Positions 62,944-64,000 of a stretch of 64,000 nt of DNA are shown here, in pieces (position 1 is the stretch's first letter; each line of letters opens with the position of its first letter). Where the stretch lies: positions 1,378,001 through 1,442,000 of the forward strand of contig OZ253454.1 in the NCBI GenBank assembly GCA_965261475.1. Direction: 5' to 3'. Under the pieces are notes generated by a model. That model saw only the letters and a program-made list of their open reading frames with translations. It did not search any database and had not been told where the DNA came from. A program made the position numbers and the translations under genes. The stretch is from a bacterium. GTDB lineage: Bacteria > SAR324 > XYD2-FULL-50-16 > G965216635.

Positions 62944-63342
62944 TTGTACAACACTAAAAACAAGTCTAGTTAAAAAAATTGCTAAAATCACAGCAAATAT
63001 AGTCAAGCTAAAATTTAGTAAAATATTACTAAAGGCAAGTAAATAATTTGTTTTTTGCAAAAGCTGCAGAGTTTCTAAAGAAAAAGTAGAAAAAGTAGTG
63101 AGTGAACCTGTAAAACCTACAACAAGCAATAAGCGCCAAGTTTCATTTACAAAATGTCTATCTACAAAAAGCACAAAAATAACACCGAGCAAAGCCGAGC
63201 CTAAAAAATTAGCAAAAAAAGTAGCAAATGGAAAATCGTTTGCTAAAACTTGTTTGGTAATCAAAAGAATCAAATAGCGAGTTACAGCACCCAAAGCTCC
63301 GCCGCAAGCGATAGCTAGAATAGCAATAAAACTTGTTGGCAT
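62941..63342 (-). CDS. crcB: Fluoride ion channel CrcB (Fluc)
   Basis: 133 aa, 4 TM; GGALGAVTRY and GFTGSLTTFSTF motifs. Confidence 0.75.
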   Translation of the reverse strand: MPTSFIAILAIACGGALGAVTRYLILLITKQVLANDFPFATFFANFLGSALLGVIFVLFVDRHFVNETWRLLLVVGFTGSLTTFSTFSLETLQLLQKTNYLLAFSNILLNFSLTIFAVILAIFLTRLVFSVVQ

Positions 63343-63346
63343 TTTT

Positions 63347-64000
63347 TTAAAAGTTAGACAAGCCTATTCCTAGCAATCTTACTTTTTGCACTTCTATTTC
63401 AGTTTTTCCAACAAGCTGAGATACCACCTCCAAGATTGTCTTTAGATTAGTATAGCCCTTACTCATAGTAAAGCTACGAGTTATCACTCTAAAATTACTA
63501 TATTTCACTTTTAGCGTTAAAGTTTTGGCTAAAACAGAGTACTCTGCTTGAAGATCAAAAACCCTGCTAGCTAGCTTTTCTAAAGCAGGTAACATGTCAC
63601 TCAAATATAGCAAGTCTTGAACAAAAGTTATTTCCTTACTCACAGACTTTCTTACTCTTGTAGAGAGTACAGGGCGTAAATCAATGGCTTTTGCTGCGTT
63701 ATACAAATAATCAGCAAATTTTCCAAAATTATTTTTTAAAAATTCCAAAGATTGTCTTCGTAAATCCTCCCCAGTGTAAATTTTGAGCTTGTGCATTTTT
63801 TGCTCTGTAGCAGGACCTATGCCGTAAAATTGACGAATCTTTAAACTACTCACAAATTCTTGCCCTGCTTCTGGTAGCACTACCGTCAAACCATTAGGTT
63901 TTTGATAATCAGAAGCAATTTTTGCTAAAAACTTGTTGAAAGATACCCCCGCAGAAGCAGTAAGTTTGACCTGAGCTAAAATTTTGTCCTTAATCTCCTC
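63347..64000 (-). CDS. dinB: DNA polymerase IV (Y-family), C-terminal part; 5' end lies beyond the window
   Basis: Frame stays open from 63889 to the window edge (EEIKDKILAQVKLTASAGVSFNKFLAKIASDYQKPNGLTVV...). HhH region (FYGIGPATEQKM) and little-finger domain match DinB. Confidence 0.8.
   Translation of the reverse strand, partial: EEIKDKILAQVKLTASAGVSFNKFLAKIASDYQKPNGLTVVLPEAGQEFVSSLKIRQFYGIGPATEQKMHKLKIYTGEDLRRQSLEFLKNNFGKFADYLYNAAKAIDLRPVLSTRVRKSVSKEITFVQDLLYLSDMLPALEKLASRVFDLQAEYSVLAKTLTLKVKYSNFRVITRSFTMSKGYTNLKTILEVVSQLVGKTEIEVQKVRLLGIGLSNF

Noticed and set aside
62941-63346. Possible fluoride riboswitch (crcB motif RNA) controlling crcB
   Set aside because: crcB starts 4 bp after the dinB stop with no leader, and the AT-rich flanking sequence shows none of the GC-rich pseudoknot helices of the fluoride riboswitch.

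Overview
This 64-kb window reads as core chromosome from a very AT-rich diderm (Gram-negative) bacterium, densely packed with housekeeping genes on both strands. I found no transposase, integrase, phage genes, CRISPR array, tRNA or rRNA, and no compositionally foreign island, so I do not see a self-contained novel system here. Recognisable genes include fabZ (3' fragment), dapD, an S41 tail-specific protease, a ClC channel, proS, gmk, a kexin-like subtilisin, nuoL-nuoM-nuoN, groES-groEL, argB, an M20 peptidase, a 7TM-HD (PgpH-like) protein, an MltD-like transglycosylase, ahcY, rpoB-rpoC, orn, engB, an RNB exoribonuclease, a cysK-like/metB-like pair, prfB, gmhB, cca, a type III glutamine synthetase, grpE-dnaK-dnaJ, kdsB, a MATE/GT-C/LptFG-like envelope cluster, crcB and dinB (5' end outside window). 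The two observations I rate highest are a perfect 31-bp palindrome overlapping a near-consensus sigma70 promoter upstream of groESL with no CIRCE element, and the programmed +1 frameshift site in prfB, which the ORF track shows only as a truncated ORF. All protein calls come from reading motifs in the supplied translations; no database search or computation was run, so family assignments are provisional. Taxonomic placement is uncertain: rpoB/rpoC look proteobacterial, while the eukaryote-type ProRS and type III glutamine synthetase are less typical of that lineage.
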